A stretch of DNA of 40,101 bases. It comes from Vairimorpha necatrix (Eukaryota). How positions within the stretch are numbered: position 1 is the first letter of the stretch; every line of letters begins with the position of its first letter. The stretch spans positions 1,054,001 through 1,094,101 of the forward strand of contig CP142733.1 of NCBI GenBank assembly GCA_036630325.1, written 5' to 3'. The position numbers were made by a program, and so were the translations under genes. The notes below the pieces were generated by a model. The model had not been told where the DNA came from and searched no databases. It saw nothing but the letters and a program-made list of their open reading frames with translations. This document shows positions 22,396 through 37,000 of the stretch, one piece after another.

Positions 22396-25300
22396 ACAAG
22401 GAAAATACCCACCCCAAAATAATTCATTACAAAAGAACTTAACTATATCATGAAGGCTTAAAAGTATTATTCTTGACATTTTAAACGACCAATTAATTTT
22501 TAAAAAGAGATGTAAATGTATATGTATATGTATATATATTTAAGAAGAGATAATAATATTGACAAGACAAAAATAATCTGATATTAAAATTCAGAATAAA
22601 CAGTATTGTAAGTACCAAACTTCAAAAGTTTATTTAATATTCTTTGCGAAAAAAAATTCTAATTATATCTATCGCTTGCAAACAAAGTAAAGTTAGTATA
22701 TATAATAGAGAAACATAAATAATTAGTTTGATCGTTTATTCAACAAACAATGTTAAATACATTGTTATATAAATATTTATCTATACAACCAAACTTAGAT
22801 GTTCTAAGAAATTTGTATTTGAACAGATTTCCATTAATACTACAAAATTAAATAATCTATGTGTGACGAGTCATTTGCATACTGAGGCGTGCCCTGCCAC
22901 TAGTATTAGCCATTATTGACTGGCACATAGATAGACTAAAGAAATGATTGACTTTAGATGGCAAAATTGGCAGATATATATCTGTAATGTTGACATATAA
23001 AGATTTATATAACAAATGTTTCTTGTGTTTTAAATATCTCCAATTAGTCATTAGCATTTTACATAAACAAGACACTTTTAGTGGAATACTAGAAAAGATT
23101 ACTTATTAAGGATTGAAAAGCACAGAAAAAATGAACACATTAAAGAAAACAACAATATTCCTTCTTTAGGGCGTAAATTAACCTCGAAGTCTATATATAA
23201 AATAAAATAAAAATTATATGATACTAGAAATTCAAAATGCAAAAAAATTTATAAGCTTTTACTAAGATATGTGTAGATATAATTAAGATGCCAAGTGCTT
23301 AATATAAATATACTAAGAAATAAAAATCATATTAATAAGTTCATATTTATTGGAACAATCAGGTGTATCTATGTATAAAAGAATGAAATATCCCAGAATC
23401 AATTGAATCGAAATTTTTATTTGTACAGACTAAACATAATGAACAATAACGTTTTTAATGATATATAATAAGAAATTATGTTTGTTTCTGAGTTATGAAC
23501 AATATCGATTAATTAATAAAAAAAAATATTCTGTATGTAAAAAGAGTAAACAAATTATATTAAAGAACCCAATCGATGAAAATTAAGTATTGTAAACAAT
23601 CAAACTTTTGTTCTCTTTGTCAAGATAATGCTAAAACCTAAAAAAAATAAATGACAAATTAAAAAATAGAATTTACGTATCTTATATATTCTATAAATAT
23701 AAGTCAGTAAAAAGATATAATTATTAATAATTTATAGGGTGGATTGAAGTAATTTTGACCTACAATAAAAAAAATAAGAGAAATTTATCAGTTATAAATG
23801 ATTATAAAATAAACAAAAGTTAAGAAATAAAAAAAAAACAGTAGAAATAACGAAATTATAATTATTTGTGATTTTGATTAAAAATAAAATCATTTTTTTA
23901 CAACATATATACAATAGAGTAATATAATTCCGCAATTTAATATTTGATATGTTTAGATTTAATTACGTCAACATTTTATTGTGAGATTATATAATCTTAA
24001 CAATGGAAAAATTTTATTTTGGGATACTATATTTTTTGAATATTCCAGAGATGAAAATATTTTTCATAGTATGGGGAGAATGATCATTTAAATATAACAT
24101 ATCTAAAAAAAATTTTTTTTTTATTTTTGAATTACACCCCCTAATAGATATACTTTCTGTTTGCAAATAATTAGACCATCTAAATCATACATAATTCAAA
24201 CAGATAAGAGGACGTTGTATATAATAGAAAAGAAAACAAATAAAAAGATTACAGATCAAAAAATAGTTATAAAAATGTACACTAAATCAAATTTATTGTT
24301 CACATTAGATATTATACATGGATTTAATAATTGCAGACATAAATTTTGACTGAACCTTCCTGGGATTGTTTTGGTTGTAAATTAAATTTTTATAAAAAAT
24401 GCACATATTCTAATTCTGTTCCATAAAAAACAGTAAAATAACATTATATTCACATTATAAGTTACTTTAAAAATATTTTTACACAAAATAAAGTATGCAG
24501 GAAACGAATTGAATCGTTTCGCCCTTATTTCTAATTTCTAAAACAAATTCCTTACACAATTTCAATTTGGTAGAAAAACAAATCCCTAGATGAAAGATTA
24601 TCGAAATGTCGTTTCTTACAATAAAAATTTTAATGTTATGTTCAAGCAATTTATAATTAAGGGCGAAAATATACATATGCGAGAAATTAACATTTACAAA
24701 ATAAAAATACAATTTCTTTGAAAAACAGTCCAATATTTATTTTAGACGAAGCAATAGCTTACTTTCCTAATAAAGGACAAAAAACACATATATCATTATT
24801 AAAATAGTAATACTGATATTGTTATTTGTTTGTTCTGTAAAACCGAACCTGATCCTCTATCGTATAACAAAACATAAGGTTACACATTTGATAATCTTTA
24901 TATATTTTTAGATTGGAATGGTACTGTTTCTTTAATAGAGATATATTGTTTTAATAAATCTCAGTTGTAGATAAAATCTAGACAAGAAATAAATATGAAA
25001 ATTACCTTATAAAACCTAGATGAAATACGCTTAATACGTACAATTCATGTCGAATTAATATAATCAACTTGTTATAAGTTTAGATTATTATGTTAAGCTG
25101 ATTGATTCAATGTATCTGTGTAAAATTAAAAATAAGATAAATTCTTAGTTAAAAAATACATTATGTTAAATTTAATAATTCAAGTATTTATATTTTTTAA
25201 TTATTATTTGAAAATGACAAGAAACGTATCTACAATTAAAATATAATACAAGGATCAAAATGATGCAAATCTCACACACTCTTTTAAAAGCAAAAAAAAC

Positions 25301-27469
25301 TTGCATTTTAGACATAAAACTATCTATGTAGAAATTTTAAAGATGATAAATTTGAAAATAAAACTTGCATCAGCAATATATATAGAGTGGATAAAAAATA
25401 TTATGTTTAAAACAAAATAACAAACCTTTTTTGATACAATTTTATAATCAATAGTGTAATATAAGGGAAATTTACATATAGAGTATTAATAAACTGAAAA
25501 TGAATGTTCTATATATAAATTGCAGGTAATGTTTTCATAAAAAATGATAAGTAATATTGTATAAAGTCTCTTTTAATAAATATTTTTAAATTTTTAGTTT
25601 TTGTAGTAGACACTGAAATTGTAGAACATTTTAAAAATATTTATGAGATATAAAATGAATATCCAGTCCTTTATCTTTAAGATCAACGTCACTAGAAAAA
25701 ACATTGTAACCAAGTCTTTTCCATTATGACTATTAAGATTTGCTTTTTTGAAAAGCCTTTCTTGTTCCCCGCACGACGAAGTTTATTTTGGAAATCATTA
25801 AAAAATTTTAAGTAACAATGAGCTTCAAAAAATACAAAAATAGAACTTTACTATAAATGAACAACTTCACTTACAACTAGAAATAAAATTGATGTTTACA
25901 TCGACCGTGTTTTCAAAAAGAGGCCAGTTTTTTAAAAAAACATTACTGATGCAATGTTTAATGAAATTTGATAATGGCGAATCAACGTTTAAAGAATTTA
26001 TCTAGGAGCATCTTCTTTTCTTTTATACGATTCTATATCCCCATTTTTTAAAATTCGAATAACTGGTGGTCAAAGAAGTCCGTAGAAAGCAGGATCGAAT
26101 TATAGTAATGTTAGAAGTCGCGTAAAAAAATCGTGTAATGATAAGTGTTATTTGTGTTAGTAAATTATGTACATGATTTTGCAATTTAGAATTTATTTAA
26201 ATCTTAGTTTCTTATCAGCAGTGAATCTTGACGATGAAATATAAAGGTAGATCAAAACATATGTTCTGAAACGAAAAAATTTTACAATATGTACTTTCTG
26301 TAGTTTGTATGAGAATTCAAATCGGTATTTATCAATTAACTCTATACACGAAACGTATGAGAACAAATTCATTGTTAACAAAATTCTAAGTAATAGTTTT
26401 CTCTTATCTTTCATGGAAAAAAATAAAAATTAGGAAGAGAATAATATTATGAGAAAGTAGAGAATGTCTAGAGATATTATTTAATGAAGGATTATTAACA
26501 TTTACGAAAATTTTATAACAATCGAAAAGCGAGATTTATCAGATAAGAAATTTAACATATAATAAAATTTTAAAGTTTGTGCATACGGCAATTGATTTGA
26601 ATACATATCTGTCATATAAAGTATATATTGACACTGATTCAGACAAACTTTAAAATCAGCTTTGAAAGTCTTTATTAGTTAACATTCAAGTTTAGATAAT
26701 ATATTAGTAATAAATAGATAGCAAATTATCATATAAACTGTTTACAGTTATAATTAAGATGAATCAGTAGAACAAAAGGCTTCAAATGTAAAGTTATAAA
26801 TATTTAGAACATTATATAAATACCAAATTAAAGACTGTCATTCTATTATAATGAATAATTTTAATGAGTTTAATAAATAAAAATATCATAAAAACGTATA
26901 TATGATATAAAATTCTATAAAGTATGAGAATGATTATTTTATATATATATATATATATATATCAGTAAAAATCTAGAGTTAAGTATAAAAAAAATATATT
27001 AAGAAAAAACATGTTGGCCATGTAAAAGAAGGTGTGTAGTAATTTGGTTGTCGGTAATGAATTTTGCTTTTTTTTAATGATAAAGATAATTAAAACAACG
27101 GATTATATTACAATAAAGACTAAATGAAAAATAAATCATCAGATCAAGCGTTGTAGAATTCTAATATTTTTTATCGATGTAAGGTTCCTATTAATCTTGT
27201 CTATTATATTTAATGAAACTAATCTATTTGTAATATTTAATTTATATATTTTGTGATCTGAAATTATCTTCATTTAAGGAAAATATGTGAAAAAAAATAT
27301 TTTAAATATATTATGATTAAACAAAAATGATATATTAAAAATTTAAATAAGATGGTTTATAGAGTATAATAAAGAAGATATATATACATTTGAATAAAAA
27401 TATAATATTAATATTGTTGTATTATATAAAATAAAAAATAGGTCTAACTATCAAATACTCTAAGAAAGT

Positions 27470-27645
27470 AGATTCGTACATCAAAATGATTAACAGAGAA
27501 GACACGAAAGCATTCCAATAGACCACCGAAGAGATGTGAAGGTTAAGATTTTAAAAAGACTAAGAGCCGAGAAGCTGCCCACAAACAGGAGACGCTAGCG
27601 CGAACCTGTTCAGAATATACTAGAAATATAAACTTTATTACATAT
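27470..27645 (+). mobile_element. Short 3' remnant of an RLE non-LTR retrotransposon related to 6350-6715
   Basis: GAGAAGCTGCCCACAAACAGGAGACGCTAGCGCGAACCTGTTC aligns with the reverse complement of about 6385-6430 (GAGAAGCCACCTACAAGCAGGAGACGCTAAAGCGGAACCTATTC). Translates SYIKMI...ESIPIDHRR. Confidence 0.7.
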
Positions 27646-27865
27646 CCCAAAATAAATTCATTTTTTATAATAGAAAAAAAATAGTAATTATGTTGGATTT
27701 ATTTGTAAAGATATTTAAATATATTATAACAATGGAATCTAATATGTTAATTTCTTATATAAACTATATTGTTTCCATATTTAGATATGAATTAAACAAA
27801 TAAACAAGAAATAAATATATGACAAATTAATAATTTTTTTTTCTTTATGGAGTATCTACACATCT

Positions 27866-28212
27866 TATGATCCGGCATGTAGCCTGATCCGAAGTAGAGG
27901 AGGGCAAGTCAAAACTAACATATTGATTTATATTATCTTCTTGTTTTCTGCTCTTCGAATTGTGGGTCAGGAGTAAATCGTTTAAATAGTCAATTAGATT
28001 AACTGTCAAACTCTTTAAGATGTAAACAAACAAACAAAAACCGAAGTTCTACTAAATACGTAGTACTTCATGTGACATGCACTTTTCTTACTTTAGTCTG
28101 TGAATGTCAAACATGTCTAATGTTTGTTTACAATACTCTAAGATGTTTGACAGCACAAATAATCATTGTTTAATTGGAATTTGTATTGTCAGTGCAGGTC
28201 TGCAGCCTGACA
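27866..28212 (-). repeat. Probable solo LTR of a distant family (347 bp)
   Basis: Flanked by the direct repeat CATCT (27861-27865, 28213-28217). Ends in ...CTGACA. Shares TAAGATGTTTGACAGC with the 347-bp LTR and has hairpins at both ends. The left end is TA rather than TG. Confidence 0.6.
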
Positions 28213-31200
28213 CATCTGAATAAATATTATATTTGTTATTTCGAAAATTATTTTTGCATAATTTAGTACATTTTTTTTGATGTTGCCAACGTATGTATCT
28301 GTATTATTAATATTTTTAGAAATTTAGTTTTTTTGTTCTTTCGTATGAGTACGTAAGTATATAATTTGCTATATATAAAATAATTAAGAAACGCATTATG
28401 TGCAGAATCGCCATAAAAATAAAAAATTGAAGTAAAGTTAAACATATTAAATCGGCTTTGGACACAATACGTTAATTAAACGATATATTTATTTCTTTTT
28501 GCAAGATTAAATCATATTTTTCAAAACAAGTAAATAAGATTCTTTCAAAAAGAAATTAAAACACAATCATTGAGTGATTTAATTACAAGAAATGTCTGAC
28601 ACTATATATTAATCATTTAAGACATATAATTTAGTATAAAAATATATTTGTTGAAAAAATTAGGATATATTATTTAAAAGAAATAAGATTATAAATCTAT
28701 CTAAAATAATTTAGGTAAAGGCATTAGAGTATTTAAATAAATGTTAAAAAACCGAAACTTGATAAACTAAATTCAAAGGTTTCATGGAAGTGTGTAATAA
28801 AGATTACATCATAAGGACAGTTTTCAAAGTTTACTCTGTCAAATATTCACCAAACACGTTCCAACACACCAATAATACAACAAAAAATTAAAAATTTACA
28901 ATATGTTTATCCATTTAAAATAATTAACCTTGAACTTACGTGGCTAAAAATAATTACAATAAAAATAATATTTAAAAAAGAAGTTTGTATACGAAGGGCA
29001 AGGAATATCTATGAAGCAAGTACACAACTATAAAGTTATTAATAGCAAAATATTTTTAGCCTTCTAACTTAAAAGTAGCAAGGTTTTATCTATGAGGAAC
29101 AGATAAATAAAGAAAAAATAAGAACGAGCATATTGGTATAAAGAAAAAAATATCTTTTAAAATTTAAAACGAATTCTACACTCAATCTAAATTACATCAT
29201 AGGTAATAACAAGATAATTGAAATTTGATCTTTCCCTTTTTCTTTTGGTATAAGTACGAAAGCAAAAAATAAAATTATTTTACGATCATTATAGCACTGT
29301 TTTAGAAGTGATACAAATAATATTCAATTATTACAACTAGATAGTAAAGAGATTATAAAGAAAAGATATTCATATGATTTATACATATTGCTCAGCAACA
29401 TAAATACATAAGAATTTAAAATAAAGATATTAGATGAAATACAATTTTCTTTTATATTAAAATCTACGAAAGATGAACAAAAATTAATCCCAATGTTGCA
29501 TATAGTATATATAGATAAAATTAAAACAAGCAATAAAGTTTTTTAATTATCTAGAACATATCAGACGATTTTATAAATAAAAATTATACTAAAAATCAAC
29601 TATATAATATTTATATATGACCAATATGTACACGTTATTAAGTATAATAATTACTAATGGTAAAAAAACGAAAACAAATGTTATATAAAAATTTTTAACG
29701 GATTTCGATTAACCTCGTATATTACATTTTTTTGGTTTATAGAATTCTAAAGAAGTTTCAGTATTGCAACATTGTAGACTTTTTAAATTAAGGTTGGTAA
29801 AATACAAATGTCACAAATATTAATTTGTTGTTTACAATCATATTGACCACACAAAATTAGAAATTATGACCAAAAAATTTTAAAAAGTAAAATCATTAAT
29901 ACTTTTATCTATTTATAAAATTAAATTATTTTATTATTAATTTCAAATAAATGAGAACAAATCAATTCAAAAATCTATCGGTTAAATTTTTAATAATCGC
30001 CCTTTTGAAAGTTATAATACTTCCTATATCGTCTAAGTATAATATTTTTATATAATAATTAGATTTAAATTTAAGTATGAAGATCAAAATATTATAAAAA
30101 AAGTTTATATACGTAAGAAAAAAAAATTCCTAATTCAATCAACAATTATATATTGATGGGAAAATCATTTATTTAATGTATAATTAGTAGAATTGAAAAA
30201 AATTATATACAATAAGACTTATTCATCGTAATATCGTTTAGTAAAGGTAAAAGGAATTTTACTCAGAAACAACATTTATGTTATTGATTTTAGAAAATCC
30301 TAGGGAAAACCCCTACTTGAATACATTTTCCATATTATAATATAATAAGAAATAATAAGTAAATTTTCAATTATGAATAATTAAATAAAAACAATAGCAC
30401 GTACAATTTAATACAAGGTTGTTGTGAATAAAACGTTTTCGAGATTTTCAAAAAGGCATCGCATATTCTAAAAAATAAAATCAAAAATACGGGGGAATAG
30501 AAATGCATATAAATCCATTACATATAATAACAAAATAGAATTAATATGAAATGATATATTTATTATAAAATCTTATATAGTATAGTCACACGCAAACGGA
30601 ATATATATTACAAAATTTATATATTTAAGCAGAAAATAATTTCAATTAATATAAAGAGTAATAACATAAAATAAAATGTTTGCACTAGCTGTAGTTAAAT
30701 TTAAAAACTTACCTAAAAACATGTTAATACAAGATAAATATTTTTCAATAATAATACTATATAATATTTCACCGGGACGTTTTGAAGATTATTTACAAAA
30801 AAATAAAAGAAAGTCTAAAAGTTAGAATTTGATATATTAAATATAACAATATGGTATTACTTCGAAACAAATAAGAATCTTAGAAAAAACACCTAAATAA
30901 TATTTATATATCGTTAGTCTCGAAAATTTAAAAGTATTCTTAAGAAATTAAATTTTTAGAATAAATTAGAATTCATTTACACATATTTAAATAAAAAAGT
31001 AAAAATTTTTATTATTTAGCAAAAAAATGAAATATTATTAGTTACAAGACCAAACTTGAAAATTCCTCTTATAAAGTAAAAAATTTAGTTCTTTGTCTTA
31101 TAATTATCAGATATTTAAATTAATTGAATCAAAAATTTGAATATAACCGTTATAGTATACATTATAGATGAAAAATAGTAATTTAATTAAATATATTATA

Positions 31201-34059
31201 TATTGTCTATAGTTCATTAAATGCGTTAGATTAAAACTAAGTATGAAAAGATCAAGAAAATTTTTTACTTCAATTTAAATTTTTAATGCACAAAGATTGT
31301 TCTACAAGTAAAATAAACATAATGCGTTAAAAATCTTTGAAAAAACTAATATATTAAGAAATGCAATTTCAATAAAGATAATTGAGGTTAATATTACTTA
31401 AATAATTTTAAAAAAAAAATATATTTAAAGTAGTAGGATAACTTTCTTTAAAAAATCTATATTGGACTAAACTCGTTTTGAAAATATATTTTCATCAGAA
31501 TAGTTATAAAAAACATTAAAACTAAACGTTCAAATAATTTAAAATAAGTAAAAAGAAGAAAATTTTCACGACTGATTAATTTAGAAGTCTCAACCATTAA
31601 AACGAAAATAATATTTTTTGATCATTAAATTGAATTTTATATTTTCAAATTTCGCTCTTGATAATACACATACGACTGATTAAAATAACTAAAAGTTTTA
31701 GAACATATAACGACGTAATTTTTTTTAAAAATAATATATCAATCGAAAAATAACAATGCAGTATATTAAACCTACATTGTTAAACATGATGATATATTCA
31801 ACCAACACGAGAAACATATGATTCAATAATGAAAAATTTATAAAAATATTAAAAATTTTCTTATATTGGTATTTCAAAGAAACCATATCACGGAGGGTTT
31901 TAAAAATTATAGATTAGAGTTTTTTAATTACAATCATTTTTTCATAAAGTTTTATAAATGATTTAAATCATTCTTATAGTAAAACATTCAATTCTAATTA
32001 TCACAAGGAAACATTGGAAAGTTCTTCATATCTAAAAACTCATTTTTTTATGCTTAACTTAAGTTTTTAAAATTATTATGAGAATGTAGCATATATAAAC
32101 CAAATAATATCAAGAAAATTCATAAATAAAAATTTAAAGTCTCAAAGAAACATAAAGACATACGACGAAAAAAAATATAAACATCTATAGAGGAACACAA
32201 CGTACGACATTTCATTCTGTTATGGTTTATTACAACAGTATTTTAAAATTTATGGTATTAATCTGTAAAAATATTATAAAAAAAAAATTTTATTTCAATG
32301 GGAATAATGATAAATATCTAGGAAATAAATCTAATAATGGTCAGAAAACATATTAAATACATTTCAAATTAAAAGATAATCAATATTCATACAAATTGTA
32401 AATTTATACACAAAACTAGTCTGGAAATGAATTACGTATTTCTTCATGTGGATTTTTATAGTAAATATCATATAGTCCACGTATTTATTAATGATACTAT
32501 AATTATGATAAAAATAAAATCAAAATAAATACAGAATTAGTAATTTTATTGAAAAAAAATTTACACTAACCATATAATTTAAAAATATAAATCAATAAGA
32601 ACTAAGAAGGGTTAATAAAAAGTATAAACAAACCTCAATACAGCTAATTAATAGATATTTATATAAATTTAAAGATAGTTTAATTTAAGAGCGTATAAAT
32701 TAAAAAAACAAATCTTATCTTCAATAATGACAGAAAATAGTTTAATTAAAATATTTTAATGCATAATTCCAATTACATATTAAACATAGATGTGGTTGAC
32801 GATTTCTAAAAATTATTAAATTATATTTAATTTAAATATTAATTGATTAAAAAAATATAATAATAAATTGATAAATTAAATTTTAATTATTAAACAAAAA
32901 AATTTTCATGAATTTTTTTGTAATAAACATTTTGATTTTCGTAGAATGAAATCAATCTAATGATTTAATTAAAAATTAAAATTTTTTAATAATCCATGAA
33001 TTGGTTTTATCATAAAGAATAACATTTTAGCATAACACATTAAATAAAACATTTTCATTGAGAATGATAGGTTACTTTTAAACTATTCGCAATTTTTTAA
33101 GCAATAATTTTGAATATACAACATATCTGAATCGCAAAAAATTTATCAATATTAACTGGTTATCAAATATATCAAACCAATTCTCTTCATAATTAAAATT
33201 ATATGAAGATCAATCAAGAAGTAAATCCAACGGTTATAAAAGAAAGATATAAGTACAAACAAAACATATCTACTGTATTATGATCACATAATCAAATATA
33301 TTTTCTATAGGATGTATTTTTCAATTATCCAATAGTTTCACACCCTCTTACTTTTAAAATATTATATTTTCTACCATAAAAAATTGAATTTCAAAGAGAA
33401 CATAAAAAATAGACACAATATCATTTGTAATTATAAAGAATTCCTGGACAGTTAGGTAATACATATATAAATAAAATTGTACATTAGAAGAAGCCGCACC
33501 TCTATGCAGCAGCTCAAGTAGATATAAATATTCATAAAAAATTCAAAAAAACAATTTTTTATTTTATAAAAATAAATTATATCATATTAATTTAGATAAA
33601 TCTTAATTACTTTCATTGATCTATTTTAAAATAACAAAAATTTTTATATATGATATTCGAATGTAATTAGTTATTCGTATTGTATTTTCAAACAAACCCT
33701 GGAATCTAGTCCTTAATGTTTCCAAATTATTAAGTCGTTTTACTTTCTTGGAATAATGATTTAATTTATTATTCAAAGTGGTTATCATGAGCTTTCCTAA
33801 AGAGTATAAGCTCTTATGTCTGTATATATGCGTTAATACAGCATTCGAGACTCAAGTTATTTGTATAATATCCCTAAAATATTATTTTTTAGTATAATAC
33901 GAATATTTCCAGTAAAAAAATATGTTAAAACACAAGAATGACATTTTTTACAATAATATATATTACAAATTAAAGAAGTAATTTCATACTTTTACAATAT
34001 ATTATTTCATAAATTTATTCGCAGAATTACACCAAAAATGCTTTGTGTTTTAATTATAA

Positions 34060-37000
34060 TGTTAAAGTTGAACCTCCTATTAAATAAATGTATAACATGG
34101 CAAACACAAAAGACGAAAGGGTAACAAGTGAGACCTGTGTTTAGGAGATAGAAAATTACTAAAAGAAGCTCAGAGAGTAGAAGCAATCATCGGAATGCAG
34201 AAGGATGTAAAAGATGTGACAACGAAGCAGTCGATAAAACAAGTAAGTTCTGAACTTTAGGATTTTATTATTGACAAAAATTAAATCAGTATGATTAATT
34301 GGAATGATATTATTAGTGAAATTTATAAATTAGTTGTTGAAGAGGAAGAGAATAGTAACCGGAAAAAATAATGAGTAGAGAACTAGAAGATATGGTAGAG
34401 GGTATAAAAGAAAAATTAAAAAGAAGATTAAAGGATAACTGACTAGGACTGTAGCAGTGCCAGGAAGACACATCAAATTAAAAGACGAGAACCCCCAAAA
34501 CATTGTTTTATATGTAGAAGAGTTGGATTTATAGTTAGAAGTTGTATATTGCATAAAGGAAGACAGGAAGAGAATAATGAAAATAAAAGTGTTAAATATT
34601 TTGGGATTCGTGATAATAGTAAAATGAAAATATTAAAAGGAAATGATTTTAAATTGAGACTACCAGTGGAGATAGAAAGAGAGAACTCAAGAAACAGTTT
34701 TTATGTAAAAAATACAAACCAAGATAAAAGAAGAAAAAATATTAATAAATATGAAGAATTGGAAGGAAAATTTCCTGAGGCATTCGGAAAAGACGAAGAG
34801 TAAATAAAATACTTAACAGGGATAAAATGTTCTTTTAAAACAAAACAATGAGTGAAAGTAGTAAAAAAGTAAAAAATATTTCTTATAATAATCGAGAAAA
34901 GTATATTAATTTATTAAAGTAGAGGTATTATCAGAAAGAACAAAGAGCGAATGGATAAGCCCAATTAGGCCCATAGAATTACCAAATGGTGGAGTACAAT
35001 TGAGAAGCAATTTGATGGCTTATAATGAACTGGAATAAAAAGATCCGTATGAATTGCCATTGATTAGAGATATTATTGGGGAACGCAAGTTTCTAAAGTA
35101 TTTATGGTTATAGACCTAAAAAAAGGATTCTAACATATAGAAATTGACAGACTTACAAACATAAGACAGTTTTTAAGATAAATGATAGAGTTTACGAGGG
35201 AATGGCATGGTAAAGGGATTTAAAAATGCTTCCCATATTATGCAAAGAGTGATATACGGAGTTTTAGATAAGTTTAGAGGCAAGAGTGTTAAGGTATACA
35301 TGTATGATATTATTATTCATGCAAGAGATAGTAAAATACAAGAAAATTCTTTAAAACAAGTAATTCGAAAATTTAACGAATGTGGATTTTAAGAAACTTA
35401 AAAGATACAATATAAAGAAGAAGTATAACTACTTTGAGTATCAATTAACGGAGAAGACATTACACCTAACAAAAATAAAAAGCATAAGACATTAAAATAC
35501 AAAAGGCCTAACAACATAAAAGATCTTAGAAGATTTTCGAGATCGTGCAGGCTGGTTAAGAGATTTTATTTCTCATTATGCTTATAGGTCAGCGCTTCTT
35601 ACAGAAGCACTAAAAAAAGATAGTAAATGGGAATGATCCGATATATGGAAAGAGCTTTTATGGATATCAAAATGGGTTTGAAGGATATGAAAAAATTAAA
35701 AATAGTAGATAGTAAAAAAATCTATAGAATAAGAACGGATGCATGCGATACGACAATTGGAGCCATACTTCTGCAAGAAGACAAGGAAGATAGGTGGATT
35801 TGAAACAATGGGCATCAAAAATGATAACATTAACAGATAAAAAGTATATGATTACTAAAAAAGAGATGTTGGCAGTGTTATTCGGAATAAAGAAATTTGA
35901 GTCAGATTTGTGAGGAAGAAAAATTCATTTAATAACAGATCATTAATCACTGGCCGAGATTAGAAACAAACCGTTTTTCAATAATTACATAATTAAGAGA
36001 TGGATAGAATATATACAAGAGTTCGATTTTATTTTTGAATATGTAAAAGGAGAATTGATCACGTATTTATATGCTCATAGTAGACAATTTAAAAAAACGA
36101 AGTGAAAGTAAAAAAGCGAAAGTAGAAAAGGCCCAAAAACAGATGAAAGAAAAAGAAATAAAGCGCATGGTTAATAGAAAAGGTAAAAACTATTGGAAGT
36201 TTTCAACAGGAGAAATTAATAAATACAACACAAAGAAATAAGTGAGAACAGAAATTCGTAGAGTTCATGAGGAATTAAATCATCGAGGAGTTAAGGGAAC
36301 ACATTATAAGATTATACAAAGATGGTACTGGCCAGGTATGAAAGACCAGATAACCACATCGCTAAAAAATTGTTAAGTATGTAGCATTAATAACAAAAAA
36401 ACGATCGGAGGTGGCAATTTTTTTTGGCATTTAAGAAATTAGAAAAGTAGCTTATGACGTAATGGATATTGGGGAAATAGAAAGATACGTGCTATTAGGT
36501 ATGGACTACTTAGAACAAGAGTATGTCACGCAAAGATGGAATTTAAGGGATGTGATGTTATTACTAAAATTTTAGAAAAAATTGTTTAAGGAAGATGGAT
36601 ACACAGATAAATATTTTACGGATAACGGTAAGGAATTTGTCAGTAATAAATTTGTAACTTGGTGTAAAGTAAACGAAATTATGCAATAGAAAGTAGGTTT
36701 AGAAGCTCATAGGAGTAATGGAAGAATAGAACTATGTATTTGAACAATAAGGGAATCGATGATCCATGAAAAAGAAGGAAACCCAGAGGAAAAACTAGAA
36801 CAAGCTGTAAGAACTAATAATTCTTACACACAGCGATTAATTCAACACAATTGAAGCATGGAAAGAACAAGGAAAATAAGTCTTTATTGAAAACAATAAA
36901 AAGGGTGTGTATTCAAGTAATTTTAAATTAAGGCATAGAGAAAAATTTGAAGTAGATCAAGCTGTGAGAATTGCAATAAGAGAAAACAAGGGTAAATAGA

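Noticed and set aside
22857-26414. Short ORFs and coding-like patches (22857-23170, 24140-24349, 25660-26414)
   Set aside because: They may be decayed secreted-protein genes, but no recognisable motif or intact frame supports a call.
28220-34050. About 6 kb very AT-rich stretch as a possible centromere or structured locus
   Set aside because: No periodicity, credible long ORF or motif visible by eye, so it cannot be distinguished from decayed intergenic DNA.
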